This document shows, piece by piece, positions 11,096-22,787 of a stretch of DNA of 64,000 bases. Location of the stretch: contig CAWJMB010000002.1 in the NCBI GenBank assembly GCA_963843845.1, forward strand, positions 3,392,001 to 3,456,000, written 5' to 3'. Both the position numbers and the translations under genes were made by a program. The DNA is from an uncultured Gemmatimonadaceae bacterium (lineage in GTDB: Bacteria; Gemmatimonadota; Gemmatimonadetes; Gemmatimonadales; Gemmatimonadaceae). Positions within the stretch are counted from its first letter, which is position 1. Each line of letters begins with the position of its first letter. The notes below the pieces were generated by a model that was not told the DNA's origin, searched no databases, and saw only the letters and a list, made by a program, of their open reading frames with translations.

Positions 11096-11920
11096 CTAAC
11101 GGAGCGAGGTGAGGTCGACCGGCTGCATGTCGGCGTAGTCCTGGTTCTCGCCGCCCATGGCCCAGCAGAACGAGTACGCCGTGGTGCCGCACCCGGAGTG
11201 CACGGACCAGCCGGGCGACAGCGCGACCTCGCCGTCGCGCACGATGAGCGAGCGCGTGTCGGTCGGCTCCCCCATGAGGTGCACGACGACGCTGTCGGCC
11301 GGCAGGTCGAAGTAGAGATAGATCTCGGTCCGCCGCTCGTGCGTGTGCGCCGGCATCGTGTTCCACACGCTGCCCGGCTCGAGCGTCGTGACGCCCATGA
11401 CGAGCTGCGCGCTCGGCGGGCCGTCGCGGTGGATGTAGCGACGGATGTGGCGGCGGTTCGCGCGCTCCGCGCCGCCCAGCTCGCCGTGGAACGCCTCGCG
11501 CTCGCGCACGAGCGCCGTCGGATGGCTCGCGTGCGCGGGGTAGCTGACGAGGTAGAAGCGCGCCGGCGTCGTCGCGTCGTCGCTCGCGAACGTCACGTCG
11601 CGACTGCCCCGCCCCACGTACAGCACGTCCCGCGTGCCTACCGGGTACGCCGTGCCGTCGACGGCGACGCTCCCCGCCCCGCCGACGTTCAGCACGCCGA
11701 GCTCGCGCCGCTCGCAGAAGTACTGCGCGAGAATCTCGGGCGGCGCCCCGAGCGCGAGCGGCACGTCGACCGGCACCGCGCCGCCGACGATCACGCGGTC
11801 GAGATCGACCAGCTCGAGCGTGATGGTGCCCGGTGCGAAGATGTCGCGCACGAGGAAGCTCGCGCGGAGGTCGTTGGTGTTCAGCGTCGCCGCGGTACGG
11901 GCGTCTGGCAGGAAGCGCAT
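11096..11920 (-). CDS. kduI: 4-deoxy-L-threo-5-hexosulose-uronate ketol-isomerase
   Basis: FCERRELGVLNVGG, WNTMPAHTHERRTEIYLYF, SPGWSVHSGCGT and WAMGGENQDY. Confidence 0.95.
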   Translation of the reverse strand: MRFLPDARTAATLNTNDLRASFLVRDIFAPGTITLELVDLDRVIVGGAVPVDVPLALGAPPEILAQYFCERRELGVLNVGGAGSVAVDGTAYPVGTRDVLYVGRGSRDVTFASDDATTPARFYLVSYPAHASHPTALVREREAFHGELGGAERANRRHIRRYIHRDGPPSAQLVMGVTTLEPGSVWNTMPAHTHERRTEIYLYFDLPADSVVVHLMGEPTDTRSLIVRDGEVALSPGWSVHSGCGTTAYSFCWAMGGENQDYADMQPVDLTSLR

Positions 11921-11948
11921 CGGTCTTCTTCGGCCTTCGAGTGAAATG

Positions 11949-12722
11949 TCAGCGGGCCATCCACCCGCCGTCGACGACGAGCACGTGCCCCGTCACGTAG
12001 TCGCTCGCGCGCGACGCGAGGAACACGACGGCGCCGGCCAGATCGTTCGGCTCCCCCCACCGCCCCGCCGGAATCCGCGCCGAGATCTCGGCGTGGCGGG
12101 TCGCGTCGGCGCGGAGGCGCTCGGTGTTGTCGGTCGTGAAGTAGCCGGGCGCGATCGCGTTCACCTGCACGCCGTGCCGCGCCCACTCGTTCGCGAGCGC
12201 CTTCGTGAGCCCGGCGATCGCGTGCTTGCTCGCCGTGTAGCCGGGGACCGTGATCCCGCCGCTGAACGAGAGCAGCGACGCGACGTTCACGATCTTGCCG
12301 TGCCCGCGCTCGATCATGCCCCGCCCGACGCGCTGCGAGAGGACGAACGCGGCGTCGAGGTTGGTGCGCAGCACCGCATCCCAGTCGGCGAGCGGGTGGT
12401 CGACGGCCGGGTGACGGCGGATCGTACCGCCGTTGTTGACGAGGATGTCGACGGCGCCGACCTCCCGCTCCACGCGGTCGGCCAGGCGCTCCACGGCGTC
12501 GCGGTCCGCGAGGTCGGCGTCGACCTCCCAGGCGCGCCCGCCGGACGATTCGATCTCGCGCACCGTGTCGGCCGCGCCCCCCGGCCGCGAGCTGGCGCAC
12601 ACGACGTCCGCCCCCGCGCTCGCGAGCGCTCCGGCCATCGCGCGCCCGAGCCCGCGACTCGCGCCCGTGACGAGCGCACGCCGGCCACGCAGCGAGAACA
12701 GCGCCGGCAGCTCCACAGTCAC
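11949..12722 (-). CDS. kduD: 2-dehydro-3-deoxy-D-gluconate 5-dehydrogenase (SDR)
   Basis: TGASRGLG, ASLLSFSGGITVPGYTASKH and VDGGWMAR; adjacent to kduI. Confidence 0.9.
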   Translation of the reverse strand: MTVELPALFSLRGRRALVTGASRGLGRAMAGALASAGADVVCASSRPGGAADTVREIESSGGRAWEVDADLADRDAVERLADRVEREVGAVDILVNNGGTIRRHPAVDHPLADWDAVLRTNLDAAFVLSQRVGRGMIERGHGKIVNVASLLSFSGGITVPGYTASKHAIAGLTKALANEWARHGVQVNAIAPGYFTTDNTERLRADATRHAEISARIPAGRWGEPNDLAGAVVFLASRASDYVTGHVLVVDGGWMAR

Positions 12723-13981
12723 TGTCCCAGCTCCAGCGCGGCGAGGATGAACGGGCCGACGCCCTTGTAGTCGTCGGTCACGACCGGCTCGCTGACGTAG
12801 TACGCGAACGACCCGTCGCGCGTCGACCCGTCCGCGCGCGGCGCCCCGCCGAGCCCGGAGACCTGGACGACGTTGATGAGCGAGATCGTGCCGTTCGCAT
12901 TCGTGCGCACGAGGTTGCGCACGAGGCCGTCGAAGCCGCGCCGCGCGACCGCACGATAGCGCGCGTCGACGTAGCCGAGCCGCGCGGCCTTCGCGAGCGC
13001 GTAGGCGAACATGCTCGACGCGCTCGCCTCGAGATAGTTGCCGGCGCGGTTCGGCTCGTCGAGCACGTCCCACCACAGCCCGGTCACGGGGTCCTGCACA
13101 CGCGCGATCCCCTCGGCCGCGTCGCGCAGCGTGGCGACGATCGCGTCGCGGTCGCGGTGCGTCGGCGGCAGCTGGTCGAGCGTCTCGACGACGGCGACCA
13201 CGTACCACCCCATCGCGCGCGCCCAGAAGTGCTTCGACAGGCCGGTCGCGCTGTCGGCCCACGGCTGCGCCCGCGCCGCGTCCCACGCGTGGTACATGAG
13301 CCCCGTGCGCGGGTCGCGCGTGTGGCGCGCGACGAGGAGGAACTGGCGCGCGACGTCGTCGAACGCGGCGGGCTCGCCGAACGTCGCGGCATACTGGGCG
13401 TAGAACGGTGCGCCCATGAACAGCCCGTCGAGCCACATCTGCTGCGGATAGATCTTCTTGTGCCAGAAGCCGCCTTCGGCCGTGCGCGGCTGCCGCCGCA
13501 GCTGTTCGCGCAGCAGGTCGGCGGCCTTTCGGTAGCGCGCGTCGTTCGTTCGCGCGTACAGCCCGAACAGCAGCCGCCCCTGCACGATCGCGTCGATGTT
13601 GAACTCGTCGAGCCGGTAGCCGCCGCCGATCGTGCCGTCCGCCCCGACGTAGCGGTCCATGTTCGCCCGGACGTAGCGCAGCATCGCCGAGTCGCGTCGC
13701 GCGAGCGCGACCTTCTCGATCGCGCCGAGCACGACGCCCCCCGTGTAGTCCCACCGCCGGTGGTTCACCGGGTTGCGGCGCATGACCGACCGCGCCATGC
13801 GCACCGACCACGGCGTTCCGTTCGGCACCGCGCGGCCGGACGAGTCGGCGATCGGAAGCGGGCGGTTCCCCGGCTGCGGCGTTCCTTCGCCGAGCTGCGG
13901 CGTCTGGGCGCGCACCGTCGGGGCGAGGGCGAGCGCGGCGCCGAACAGCGCGTGACGGAGCGCGCGGCGGTGAGCCGTCAT
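12719..13981 (-). CDS. GH105 unsaturated rhamnogalacturonyl hydrolase (YteR-like)
   Basis: WDYTGG, GGFWHKKIYPQQMWLDGLFM, FWARAMGW, NYLEASAS and KGVGPFI. Confidence 0.9.
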   Translation of the reverse strand: MTAHRRALRHALFGAALALAPTVRAQTPQLGEGTPQPGNRPLPIADSSGRAVPNGTPWSVRMARSVMRRNPVNHRRWDYTGGVVLGAIEKVALARRDSAMLRYVRANMDRYVGADGTIGGGYRLDEFNIDAIVQGRLLFGLYARTNDARYRKAADLLREQLRRQPRTAEGGFWHKKIYPQQMWLDGLFMGAPFYAQYAATFGEPAAFDDVARQFLLVARHTRDPRTGLMYHAWDAARAQPWADSATGLSKHFWARAMGWYVVAVVETLDQLPPTHRDRDAIVATLRDAAEGIARVQDPVTGLWWDVLDEPNRAGNYLEASASSMFAYALAKAARLGYVDARYRAVARRGFDGLVRNLVRTNANGTISLINVVQVSGLGGAPRADGSTRDGSFAYYVSEPVVTDDYKGVGPFILAALELGQ

Positions 13982-15387
13982 GGGGTCGCGAGCGGACGCC
14001 CGTTCATCGTCGAGCGCTCGTAGCGGAGCCCGCGCACGTTCTCGGTCACGTTTCCCTTCGCGACGCCGTCGAAGCGGCAGTCGATCAGGCGGACGTCCGA
14101 GATCTCCGAGCGATCGTACGCGCGTGCGTAGATCCCGTACGGGCTCTTGCGGCTCGTCACGTTGCGCAGCTCGACGTCGCGCACGACCGGCACGTAGTCG
14201 CCCGCCCGCCCTTCCTCGTAGTACAGGTCGATCGACAGCACCGCGTCGGCGACCTCGCCGACGGTGACGTCGCGCATGTAGACGTGCTCGAGCAGCCCGC
14301 CGCGCGCCGCGTTGTTCTTGAAGCGGAGCGCGCGGTCGAGGTTCGGGCTGTCCATCGTGCAGCGCTCCACGAACACGTTGCGCACGCCGCCCGAGATCTC
14401 GCTCCCGATCGTGACGCCGCCGTGCCCGTCTTTCATCCGGCAGTCGCGGACGATCACGTTCTCCGTCGGCACGCCGACGCGGCGGCCGTCTTCGTTGCGC
14501 CCCGACTTGATCGCGATGCAGTCGTCGCCGGTGTCGAACTCGCACCCCTCGATCAGCACGTCGCGACACGAGTCGGGGTCGCAGCCGTCGTTGTTCGGCC
14601 CGTGCGAGTCGACGTGCACGCGCCGAACCGTCACGTTGGTGCACAGCGTCGGATTGATCTCCCACATCGGCGAGCGCACGATCGTCACCCCTTCGATCAG
14701 CACGTTGCGGCAGCGATAGGGTTGGATGAAGCTCGACCGCAGGAAGTCGCCGTCGCCGAACACGCGCTCCGACGTCGGCACGCCGCGGCGCATCATCTCC
14801 ATCAGCCGCGCGCGGGCCGGCGCCTGCGTTCCGCCGCCGCGCCCGGCGCCCCCCTTCCACGCCCACCAGTTGTCCTCGCCCGCCTGCCCGTCGAGCGTGC
14901 CGTCGCCGGTGACCGCGACGTTCTCCTGATCGAGCGCGTAGATGAGCGGCGAGTAGCCCATCAGCTCCACGCCTTCGAAGCGCGTGAGCACCTGTGGCAG
15001 GTAGGCACGCGGGTCGGTCGCGAACGCGATCGTCGCGCCCCTGGCGACGTGCAGGTTCACGTTGCTCCGGAGCGTAATGGGCCCGGTGAGGAACCGCCCC
15101 GCCGGCACGACGACGCGCCCCCCGCCGCTCGCCGCGCACGCCGCGATGGCGCTGCGGAACGCCGCCGAGCAGTCGGTCCGTCCGTCACCGACGGCGCCGT
15201 GGCGCGTGACGTCGACGTCGCGCGCCGGGAAGGCCGGAGGCACGATCCGCGCAAGGATGCCCGGCACCTGCTCCCACCCGGCGGCCGGCGCTCGACGGGT
15301 GCCGAACGACCGGCACGCGACGAGCGGCGCGCCGGCGAGCAGCGCTCCCGTCCGCACGAAGTCGCGACGAGTCAGTCCACGATTCAC
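13978..15387 (-). CDS. GH28 (exo-)polygalacturonase with a Tat signal
   Basis: TRRDFV Tat motif; NNDGCDPDS, GDDCIAIKSG, GHGGVTIGSE and RFKNN. Confidence 0.92.
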   Translation of the reverse strand: MNRGLTRRDFVRTGALLAGAPLVACRSFGTRRAPAAGWEQVPGILARIVPPAFPARDVDVTRHGAVGDGRTDCSAAFRSAIAACAASGGGRVVVPAGRFLTGPITLRSNVNLHVARGATIAFATDPRAYLPQVLTRFEGVELMGYSPLIYALDQENVAVTGDGTLDGQAGEDNWWAWKGGAGRGGGTQAPARARLMEMMRRGVPTSERVFGDGDFLRSSFIQPYRCRNVLIEGVTIVRSPMWEINPTLCTNVTVRRVHVDSHGPNNDGCDPDSCRDVLIEGCEFDTGDDCIAIKSGRNEDGRRVGVPTENVIVRDCRMKDGHGGVTIGSEISGGVRNVFVERCTMDSPNLDRALRFKNNAARGGLLEHVYMRDVTVGEVADAVLSIDLYYEEGRAGDYVPVVRDVELRNVTSRKSPYGIYARAYDRSEISDVRLIDCRFDGVAKGNVTENVRGLRYERSTMNGRPLATP

Positions 15388-15394
15388 GGCACGT

Positions 15395-16588
15395 TCATCT
15401 GGGGTATCTCGCCGCCCACCGATCGTACCGCCGCAGCATCGCGACCGGCGCGTCGGTGAACCAGAGGTAGCCTTGCCGGCGGTCGGTGAGGCGGTCGGCG
15501 TCGTAGAGCGTGATGCCGTCGCGGTTCGCGAACAGCGGGCGGTTCGTGCCGATCTCGTTGAGCCGCGCCCAGAGCGGGCCGGCTCGATCGTCCGCCCGGA
15601 GCTCGAACCGGTCGTAGGCGTAGCCGCGGATCGCCGCCGAGCGGAACCAGTCCGCCGCCGAGTGCACGGCGCGCACCGCCCGCGCGCTCGGCCGCGGCAG
15701 GCGCATGAGATAGTCGACGATCGCGACGCTCTCGAGGCTCGCGAGCGACGTCAGCTCGTAGCTCCGCGCGCTCGTCGGCGCGAGCGTCAGCGGATCGTGC
15801 TGCTGCCCCCAGATCGTCCGCACCCCGCGCACGACGACCTGCGACGCGAGCACGCAGTCGAGCCCGGCCGCGATCGCCCGACGCGCCGAGTCGCGCGTCG
15901 ACGCCGGCACGAACGCGTGCTCCCCGTCGGCCACCTCGCCCAACAGGTCGAGCGCGTTCACCGTCGCCCGGTCGTTGAACGTCGCCGCGTCGTGGTACCC
16001 GCCGTCGAGCGGGTAGCTCTGCGGCCAGCAGCCGTTCGGGTACTGCGCGGCGAGCAGATACTCGACGCCGCGCCGGAACGCCGCCGCACGGCGCGGGTCC
16101 GGGTGCGCGCGGTCGGCGCGGGCGAGGAAGCGCAGCTCGCCGGTCGTCGCGTCGTTGTCGAGCGTCGAGATCCACGCCCACTCGTTCGACTCGGCGAAGT
16201 AGCTCTGGCCGACGGCGCGCGGGCCGCGCATGTAGTCGACGTGCTTGGACCACCCGCCGTTCGGCGCCTGGTACGAGAGCACCGCGTCGACCACCGCGCG
16301 GCCGCTGTCGCTGGCGAGCCACGCCGCCGTCATCCAGGGCTGCGGGTCGAAGTCGTGCGCGTAGGGCGCTCGGCGCATGGTGTCTCGCCCGACGCGCCGC
16401 AGCTCGGCGTGCATCGACGCCGTGTCGCGCGCGTGGGCCGCCCGCGACCGAGCGAGGTACGCGCGCCACGCCGCGGCGTGGGCAGGCGCCAGCCGCGCGA
16501 GGCGTGCGTCGCTGAGCAGCGGGCCGGCCTGCGCGTCCGCCCGCGCGACGACGGCCGAGAGCAGCACGAGCGCGAGCAGCGTGCGCAC
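15395..16588 (-). CDS. Pectate lyase, PL10 (PelA-type)
   Basis: Signal peptide; NGGWSK, STLDNDAT, QYPNGCWPQ, TFND, WGQQHD and ARSYE. Confidence 0.88.
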   Translation of the reverse strand: MRTLLALVLLSAVVARADAQAGPLLSDARLARLAPAHAAAWRAYLARSRAAHARDTASMHAELRRVGRDTMRRAPYAHDFDPQPWMTAAWLASDSGRAVVDAVLSYQAPNGGWSKHVDYMRGPRAVGQSYFAESNEWAWISTLDNDATTGELRFLARADRAHPDPRRAAAFRRGVEYLLAAQYPNGCWPQSYPLDGGYHDAATFNDRATVNALDLLGEVADGEHAFVPASTRDSARRAIAAGLDCVLASQVVVRGVRTIWGQQHDPLTLAPTSARSYELTSLASLESVAIVDYLMRLPRPSARAVRAVHSAADWFRSAAIRGYAYDRFELRADDRAGPLWARLNEIGTNRPLFANRDGITLYDADRLTDRRQGYLWFTDAPVAMLRRYDRWAARYPR

Positions 16589-16591
16589 GGC

Positions 16592-17881
16592 TCAGCCCCG
16601 GTCGAGGCGCACGACTTCCATCTTCGGCGCGAGCAGATGGATGATGAGCAGCGCCGTCACGTAGGCGAGCCCGCACCAGACGAAGATCGGCGCGTAGTTG
16701 CTGCCGTTGTTCTGCAGGACGTATCCGGTCACGCGCTGGAACAGAAAGCCCATCGCCGCCCCGGCGAAGCCGCCGAGTCCGACGACGCTGCCCAACGCCT
16801 GGCGCGGGAACATGTCGCTGCTCAGCGTGAACAGGTTCGCCGACCACCACTGGTGCGCGGCCGCGGCGACGCTGACGATCGCGACCGCCGTCCACAGACT
16901 CGTCGCCGCGGGGGCGAACATCGTCGGGACGATGAGCAGCGCGGCGATGAGCAGCGTCACCTTGCGCGCCGTCGGCACCGCCCAGCCGCGCTTGATGAGC
17001 GCCCCCGACAGCCACCCGCCGCCGACCGAGCCGACGTCGGCGACGAGATACACGACGATGAGCGGCAGCGCGATCGCGCCGAGCTTCACGCCGAACTGCT
17101 TGTCGAGAAACTTCGGCAGCCAGAACGTATAGAACCACCACACGCCGTCGGTCAGCGCCTTGCCGACGATGAACGTCCACGTCTGGCGATAGCCGAGCAG
17201 CCGGAGCCAGCTCACGTGCGCGACGGGCTCGTCCACCTGGCCGTCCCGGATGTACGCCAGCTCACCCGGAGTGAGGCGCGGGTGCTCCGCCGGCGCGCGG
17301 TAGAACGCGAGCCAGAGCGCGAGCCACACGAACCCGATCGCGCCGGTGACGATGAACGCCGGCCGCCACCCCCACGTGAGGGTGATCCACGGCACGAGGA
17401 TCGCCGTCGCGAGCGCGCCGACGTTCGAGCCGGCGTTGAAGATCCCGGTCGCGAACGCGCGCTCGTGCTTCGGGAACCACTCCGCGGTCGACTTGATCGC
17501 CGCCGGGAAGTTCCCGCTCTCGCCGAGGCCCAACAGAAAGCGGGCGAGGGCGAAGCCGAACACGCTGTAGACGACGCCGTGCGCCATCCCGGCGATGCTC
17601 CACACGACGACGGCGACCGCGAAGCCGATCCGCACGCCGACCTTGTCGATGAAGCGCCCGACGAAGAGAAAGCCGATCGCGTACGCCGCGGTCCACCACG
17701 ACGTGATGTTCGCATACTGCGACTCCGACCACCCGAACTCCGCCTGCAGCGTCGGCGCGAGCACGCCGGTGACCTGCCGATCCAGGTAGTTGATCGTCGT
17801 CGCGAAGAACAGCAGGAAGCAGATCGTCCACCGGTAGCGGCCGACCGTCTCGAGCGGGGTGGCGGCCGTCGCGGCCGTCAC
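16592..17881 (-). CDS. exuT: Hexuronate MFS transporter (ExuT-like)
   Basis: [34 protein letters not shown] and [23 protein letters not shown]. Confidence 0.85.
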   Translation of the reverse strand: MTAATAATPLETVGRYRWTICFLLFFATTINYLDRQVTGVLAPTLQAEFGWSESQYANITSWWTAAYAIGFLFVGRFIDKVGVRIGFAVAVVVWSIAGMAHGVVYSVFGFALARFLLGLGESGNFPAAIKSTAEWFPKHERAFATGIFNAGSNVGALATAILVPWITLTWGWRPAFIVTGAIGFVWLALWLAFYRAPAEHPRLTPGELAYIRDGQVDEPVAHVSWLRLLGYRQTWTFIVGKALTDGVWWFYTFWLPKFLDKQFGVKLGAIALPLIVVYLVADVGSVGGGWLSGALIKRGWAVPTARKVTLLIAALLIVPTMFAPAATSLWTAVAIVSVAAAAHQWWSANLFTLSSDMFPRQALGSVVGLGGFAGAAMGFLFQRVTGYVLQNNGSNYAPIFVWCGLAYVTALLIIHLLAPKMEVVRLDRG

Positions 17882-18915
17882 CGCTGCACCCGCCCGCTGC
17901 CGTCTCCTTTCAGGAGCCCCTCCACTTCCGGCACGGTGACGCGATTGAAGTCGCCGTTGATCGAGTGCTTGAGGCACGACGCGGCCGTCGCGAACTCGAG
18001 CGCCTGCCGGTCCGCGTAGGTCAGCAGCCCGTAGATCATGCCGCCCGCGAACGAGTCGCCGCCGCCGACGCGGTCGACGATGTCGGTGATCTCGTAGCGT
18101 CGGCTCATGAGGAACTGCGAGCCGGTGTGCATGCACGCCGACCAGCCGTTGCGGTCCGCGCTGTGGCTCTCGCGCAGCGTGATGACCTGCTTCTTGAGGT
18201 TCGGGAACTCCTCGAGCACGCGCTTCGCCATCGCCTCGTACTTCGCCGCGTCGAGCTCCCCCGAGTGCACGTCGACGTCGTCCATCGTCACGCCGAGCGA
18301 CATCTGGCAGTCTTCTTCGTTCGCGATCCCGACGTCGACGTACCGCACCAGCTCTCGCATCACCTCGGGCGCCTTCTTGCCGTACTTCCAGAGGTTCTTG
18401 CGGTAGTTGTAGTCGCACGACACCGGAACGCCCTTCGCCTGCGCCGCCTTCGCCGCCTCGATCGACAGATCCGCCGCGCTCTGCGAGATCGCCGGCGTGA
18501 CGCCGCTCACGTGGAACCAGCTCGCGCCGTCGAAGATCGCGTCCCAGTCGAAGTCGCCGGGCTTCGCGGTGCTGATGCTCGACCCGGCGCGGTCGTACGT
18601 CACCTTCGACGGCCGCTGGTTGGCGCCGGTCTCGAGGAAGTAGATGCCGAGCCGCTCACCCTGCCGCTTCACCGCGCTCGTGTCGACGCCCCACCGCCGC
18701 AGCTCGCCGAGGCACGCGTCGCCGACGTTGTTCGCCGGGATCGCCGTCGCGAACGTCGCCCGCAGCCCGTAGTTGCACAGCGACACCGCGACGTTCGCCT
18801 CGGCGCCGCCGAACGTGGCCTCGAGCGCGGGGCTCTGGAACAGCCGGTCGAAGCCGGGGGACTTCAGGCGAAGCATGACTTCGCCGAACGTGACGACGCG
18901 TGTGGGTGCGGACAT
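17878..18915 (-). CDS. kdgK: 2-dehydro-3-deoxygluconokinase (PfkB family)
   Basis: [26 protein letters not shown] and DRVGGGDSF. Confidence 0.9.
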   Translation of the reverse strand: MSAPTRVVTFGEVMLRLKSPGFDRLFQSPALEATFGGAEANVAVSLCNYGLRATFATAIPANNVGDACLGELRRWGVDTSAVKRQGERLGIYFLETGANQRPSKVTYDRAGSSISTAKPGDFDWDAIFDGASWFHVSGVTPAISQSAADLSIEAAKAAQAKGVPVSCDYNYRKNLWKYGKKAPEVMRELVRYVDVGIANEEDCQMSLGVTMDDVDVHSGELDAAKYEAMAKRVLEEFPNLKKQVITLRESHSADRNGWSACMHTGSQFLMSRRYEITDIVDRVGGGDSFAGGMIYGLLTYADRQALEFATAASCLKHSINGDFNRVTVPEVEGLLKGDGSGRVQR

Positions 18916-18956
18916 GGACGGGCGGGTGGTGGGCGGGTGCCGAGGGGCGGTGGTCG

Positions 18957-19607
18957 TCAGGCGGGGAGCGCGGCGACGGCGTCGCGCGTCGCGTCGCGGA
19001 TGCGGTCGAACTGCTTCGCCGCGATCCAGTCGCTCGGCGCCATCCACGAGCCGCCGCACGCGACGACGTTCCTGAGCGCGAGATAGCTGCCGATGTTGCT
19101 CGCGTTGACGCCCCCGGTCGGCATGAACTCGACACTGGTGTAGGGCGCCGAGATCGCCTTGAGGTAGGGCACGCCGCCGGCGGGCTCCGCGGGGAAGAAC
19201 TTCAGCACGGTCAACCCCGTGGACAGCGCGGCCTCGACTTCGGTCGGCGTGCAGACGCCCGGATAGACCGGGATGTCGTGCGTCAGGCAGTAGTCGACGA
19301 CGGCGGGGCTGAATCCCGGCGCGACCATGAAGTGCGCTCCCGCCGCGCGCGCCTCGGCCGCCTGCTGCGGCGTGAGCACCGTCCCCGCGCCGGCGAGCAT
19401 GTCGGGGTGCTCGGCGCAGATGCGGCGCAGCGCCTCGCCGGCGGCCTTCGTGCGGAACGTCACCTCGGCGCAGGCGAGGCCGCCGTCGGTGAGCGCGGCG
19501 GCGAGCGGCACGGCGTCGTCGGCGTCGTCGATGACGATCACCGGCACGATGCGCGTCTGCCGGAGGCGGGCGGTGACGGCGTCGAACGCCGGAAGCGTGG
19601 TGGCCAT
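18957..19607 (-). CDS. eda: KDPG/KHG aldolase
   Basis: [25 protein letters not shown] and ACGGSW. Confidence 0.95.
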   Translation of the reverse strand: MATTLPAFDAVTARLRQTRIVPVIVIDDADDAVPLAAALTDGGLACAEVTFRTKAAGEALRRICAEHPDMLAGAGTVLTPQQAAEARAAGAHFMVAPGFSPAVVDYCLTHDIPVYPGVCTPTEVEAALSTGLTVLKFFPAEPAGGVPYLKAISAPYTSVEFMPTGGVNASNIGSYLALRNVVACGGSWMAPSDWIAAKQFDRIRDATRDAVAALPA

Positions 19608-19625
19608 GAGAGCGTTAGGCAGGTG

Positions 19626-21186
19626 TCAGGCGAGCGCGGCGTTCGGTCTGGCCGGCGCGGCGAGCAGCGCGTCGAGCGCGGCCGGCACGCCGCGCTCGAT
19701 CATGTCGAGGAGCGACGTGCGGACCGCGTCCTCGAAGCCGGGAATCGTCGTGAGATCCGTCTCCCACACCGTCGCGTCGGCGAGCACGTCGCGCACGAGC
19801 CGTTCGATCCGTGCACGAGCCTCCCCCCGCTCGGCGACGCGTCGGGCGACTCGCCGAGCGCGGCCCACGCGGCACGGATGCGCGCGCCCTGGTCGTCGGC
19901 GCGCGTCGTCGATCGCGTCGTCGCGCAGCAGCAGCAGGTGCGACGCGAGCGCGAAGGCCAGCGCGCGCGGCGGCTCGCCGAATCGCGCGGCGTAGCGCTC
20001 GATCGTCGGCACGAGGCGCACGCGCGCCTTCATCGTCGCCTGCAGCGTGATGTCGACGAGGGCGTGACGGATGAACGGATTCGCGAACCGGTCGAGCACC
20101 GCGCGCGCGAAGTCGGTGACGCCCGGGATCCCCTCCAGCGTCGGGACGATCTCGCGCAGCATGATGTGGCGGACGTACGCGCCGATCCGCGCGTCGGTCA
20201 TCGCGTCGCGCACGGTCTCGCAGCCGACGAGCAGCGCGGCCGGCACCATCGCCGTGTGCGTGCCGTTCAGCAGGCGCACCTTCCGCTCGCGGTACGGCGT
20301 GACGTCGTCGGTGACGACGATCCCCTCGTCGGCCGCGGAGAGCCGCTCGAGCAGCCCGGCCTGGGCGGCGCGCGCGGTGCGCGGCACCTCGATCGCGAAC
20401 AGTCGGTACGGCTCGCACGTCGTGATCAGCGCGTCGTCGTAGCCGAGCGCCGCGGCGAGGCGGTCGGCGTCGGGGCCGCCGGGCGCGCCGGGGACGATGC
20501 GGTCGACGAGCGTGTTGCAGAACGGCACCGCGCGCTCGATCCACCGCGCGAACGCGCGCGTCGAGCTGCCAGCGCGCGGCGTGCGCGAGCACCATCGCAC
20601 GGAGCGTCGCGCCGTTGCCTTCGATCAGCTCGCAGGGCAGCACGACGACGCCCCTGCCCTCGTCGTAGTCGAACGCCGCGGCGCGCTCGGCCAGGAAGCG
20701 CGCGAGCTTCGCGGGGAACGACGGCGGCGGCGCGTCGTCGTACGCGTCGCCGTCGCTCATCACGATGCCGACCTCGGTCGTGTTCGAGAACACGAGCTCG
20801 AGCTCGGGGGCGCGGGCCACGGCGAGCACCGCGTCCCACTCCGCCGCGGCGGAGAGCGCGCGGCTGACGCTCGTCACGATCGCGTGCGACTCGTGGGGCT
20901 CGCCGCGCACGAGTCCCTGCGTGACGAGCGTGAACAGCCCGTCCTGCGCGCCGATCGCCGCGTCGCGCCCGCTCCCCGTCGAGCCGACCGCGACGACGCG
21001 GCCGCCGAGCGCGCCGGTCCGGTTCGCCGAGTCGACGAAGAAGTCGACGAGGCCGCGGAGCAGCGCGCCGGTGCCGAACTGCACCGCCGTCTCCGGCAGG
21101 GCGAGCAGCCGCGCGTCTTCCGCGGGGAGCATCGCACGCGTCAGCCGCGGCCGCGTCGGCACGCCGTCGGGGGCCGCGCTCGTCAC
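19626..21186 (-). CDS. uxaB: Tagaturonate (altronate) reductase, frameshifted near 20560 and around 19830-19890
   Basis: QFGTGALLRG, SNTTEVGI, SFPAKL and LPCELIE, then FCNTLVDRIVPG, RKVRLLNGTHT and DRFANPFIRH in ORF 19626..20600. Confidence 0.88.
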
Positions 21187-22787
21187 AGCGTCACTCCTTC
21201 CTTCCAGATCGCGATCTCGCGGTAGCCGTGGCGCTCGTTGTTCGTGCGCGCGCGCCCCGACGCGACCTCGATGACGTAGGCGAGCAGCTCGTCGGTGAGC
21301 TGGTCCATCGTCACCGTCCCGGCGAGCAGCCGCCCCGCGTCGAAGTCGATCCAGTGCGGCTTGCGCTCCGCGATGGTCGAGTTCGACGACACCTTGATCG
21401 TCGGCGCGGGGAAGCCCAACGGCGTGCCGCGCCCGGTCGTGAAGAGCAGCAGCGTCGCCCCGCTCGCCGTCATCGCCGTCGACGAGACGCCGTCGTTGCC
21501 GGGCGCCTCGAGCAGCGTGAGCCCGCCCGGCGCGGCCCGCTCGCCGTAGCGGAGCACGCGCGTCACCGTCGCGCGTCCCCCTTTCTGGATCGCGCCTAAC
21601 GATTTCTCCTCGAGCGTCGTCAGCCCGCCCGCCTTGTTGCCCGGCGACGGGTTCTCGTAGACGGGCTGCCCGTGGCGGATGAAGTATGCCTTGAAGTCGT
21701 TCACCATCGCGACGAGTCCGTCGAACACCGTCCCGTCCGCGCTGCGATCGAGCAGCACCTGCTCGGCGCCGAACATCTCGGGCACTTCGGTGAGCACGAC
21801 GCCGGCGCCGAACGCGGTGAGGCGGTCGGCGAGCCTGCCCAACAGCGCGTTCGCCGTGATGCCGCTGAACCCGTCCGATCCGCCGCACTTGTGGCCGACG
21901 ATCAGCTCGGAGACGGGGACCGGCTCGCGCCGGTCGTGCCGCATCGCCGCGACCAGCTCGCCGACGAGGCCGATCCCCGTCTCCATCTCGTCGACGACGT
22001 CCTGCGTGTTGAAGAAGCGCAGGCGGCTCCCGCGCTCCGCGCGGGATGACTCGGTCGGGTCGGCGAGCGCGAGGAAGCTCGCCATCTGGTTGTTCTCGCA
22101 GCCGAGTCCGAGCACCAGCACGCCCCCCGCGTTCGGGTGGCGCGCGAGCCCCGCGAGCACCTTCTGCGTGTTCGCGAGGTCGTCGCCGAGCTGGCTGCAG
22201 CCGTACGGGTGGGCGAACGCATAGACGCCGTCGACCTGCCCCGCGTACCGCTCGCTCGCCGCCTTCGCGATGCGCTCCGCCGCCGTGTTCACGCAGCCGA
22301 CCGTGTTGACGATCCACACCTCGTTGCGCGTGCCGACGCGTCCGCCCGGCCGACGGTAGCCGTCGAACGTCGGGACCGCGCCGTCAGGCGCCGGCGCCGC
22401 CGTCGGCCCGCGGAACGTGTACGACTCGGCGCCCGACAGCCGCGTCGCGAGGTTGTGCGAGTGCACCCACGCGCCGGCGGCGATCGCCTGCGTCGCGCCG
22501 CCGATCGGCATGCCGTACTTGAGCACCGGCTCGCCGAGCGCGATGGCACGCAGCGCGAGCTTGTGCCCGGCCGGCACGTCCTCCGCGAGCGTCACCGTCG
22601 CGCCGTCGACCGCGACGACCGCCCCGGCGCCTAACGGCTGCGTCGCGACCGCGACGTCGTCGGCGGGATGCACGCGAACGGCGGTCGGCGCGCCAGGCGG
22701 CGGCCCGCTCGACGCCCCCGCCTGCCCCGCGTGTCCGACGCGCTCCAGCACGCGCTCGCTGACGCCGATCGACACCGGACCGGTCAT
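21183..22787 (-). CDS. uxaA: Altronate dehydratase (SAF + UxaA domain)
   Basis: GHKLAL, VHSHN, GTRNEVW, HPYGCSQLG, LGLGCENNQ, KCGGSDGFSG, ENPSPGNKAGG and C-terminal IWKEGVTL. Confidence 0.95.
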   Translation of the reverse strand: MTGPVSIGVSERVLERVGHAGQAGASSGPPPGAPTAVRVHPADDVAVATQPLGAGAVVAVDGATVTLAEDVPAGHKLALRAIALGEPVLKYGMPIGGATQAIAAGAWVHSHNLATRLSGAESYTFRGPTAAPAPDGAVPTFDGYRRPGGRVGTRNEVWIVNTVGCVNTAAERIAKAASERYAGQVDGVYAFAHPYGCSQLGDDLANTQKVLAGLARHPNAGGVLVLGLGCENNQMASFLALADPTESSRAERGSRLRFFNTQDVVDEMETGIGLVGELVAAMRHDRREPVPVSELIVGHKCGGSDGFSGITANALLGRLADRLTAFGAGVVLTEVPEMFGAEQVLLDRSADGTVFDGLVAMVNDFKAYFIRHGQPVYENPSPGNKAGGLTTLEEKSLGAIQKGGRATVTRVLRYGERAAPGGLTLLEAPGNDGVSSTAMTASGATLLLFTTGRGTPLGFPAPTIKVSSNSTIAERKPHWIDFDAGRLLAGTVTMDQLTDELLAYVIEVASGRARTNNERHGYREIAIWKEGVTL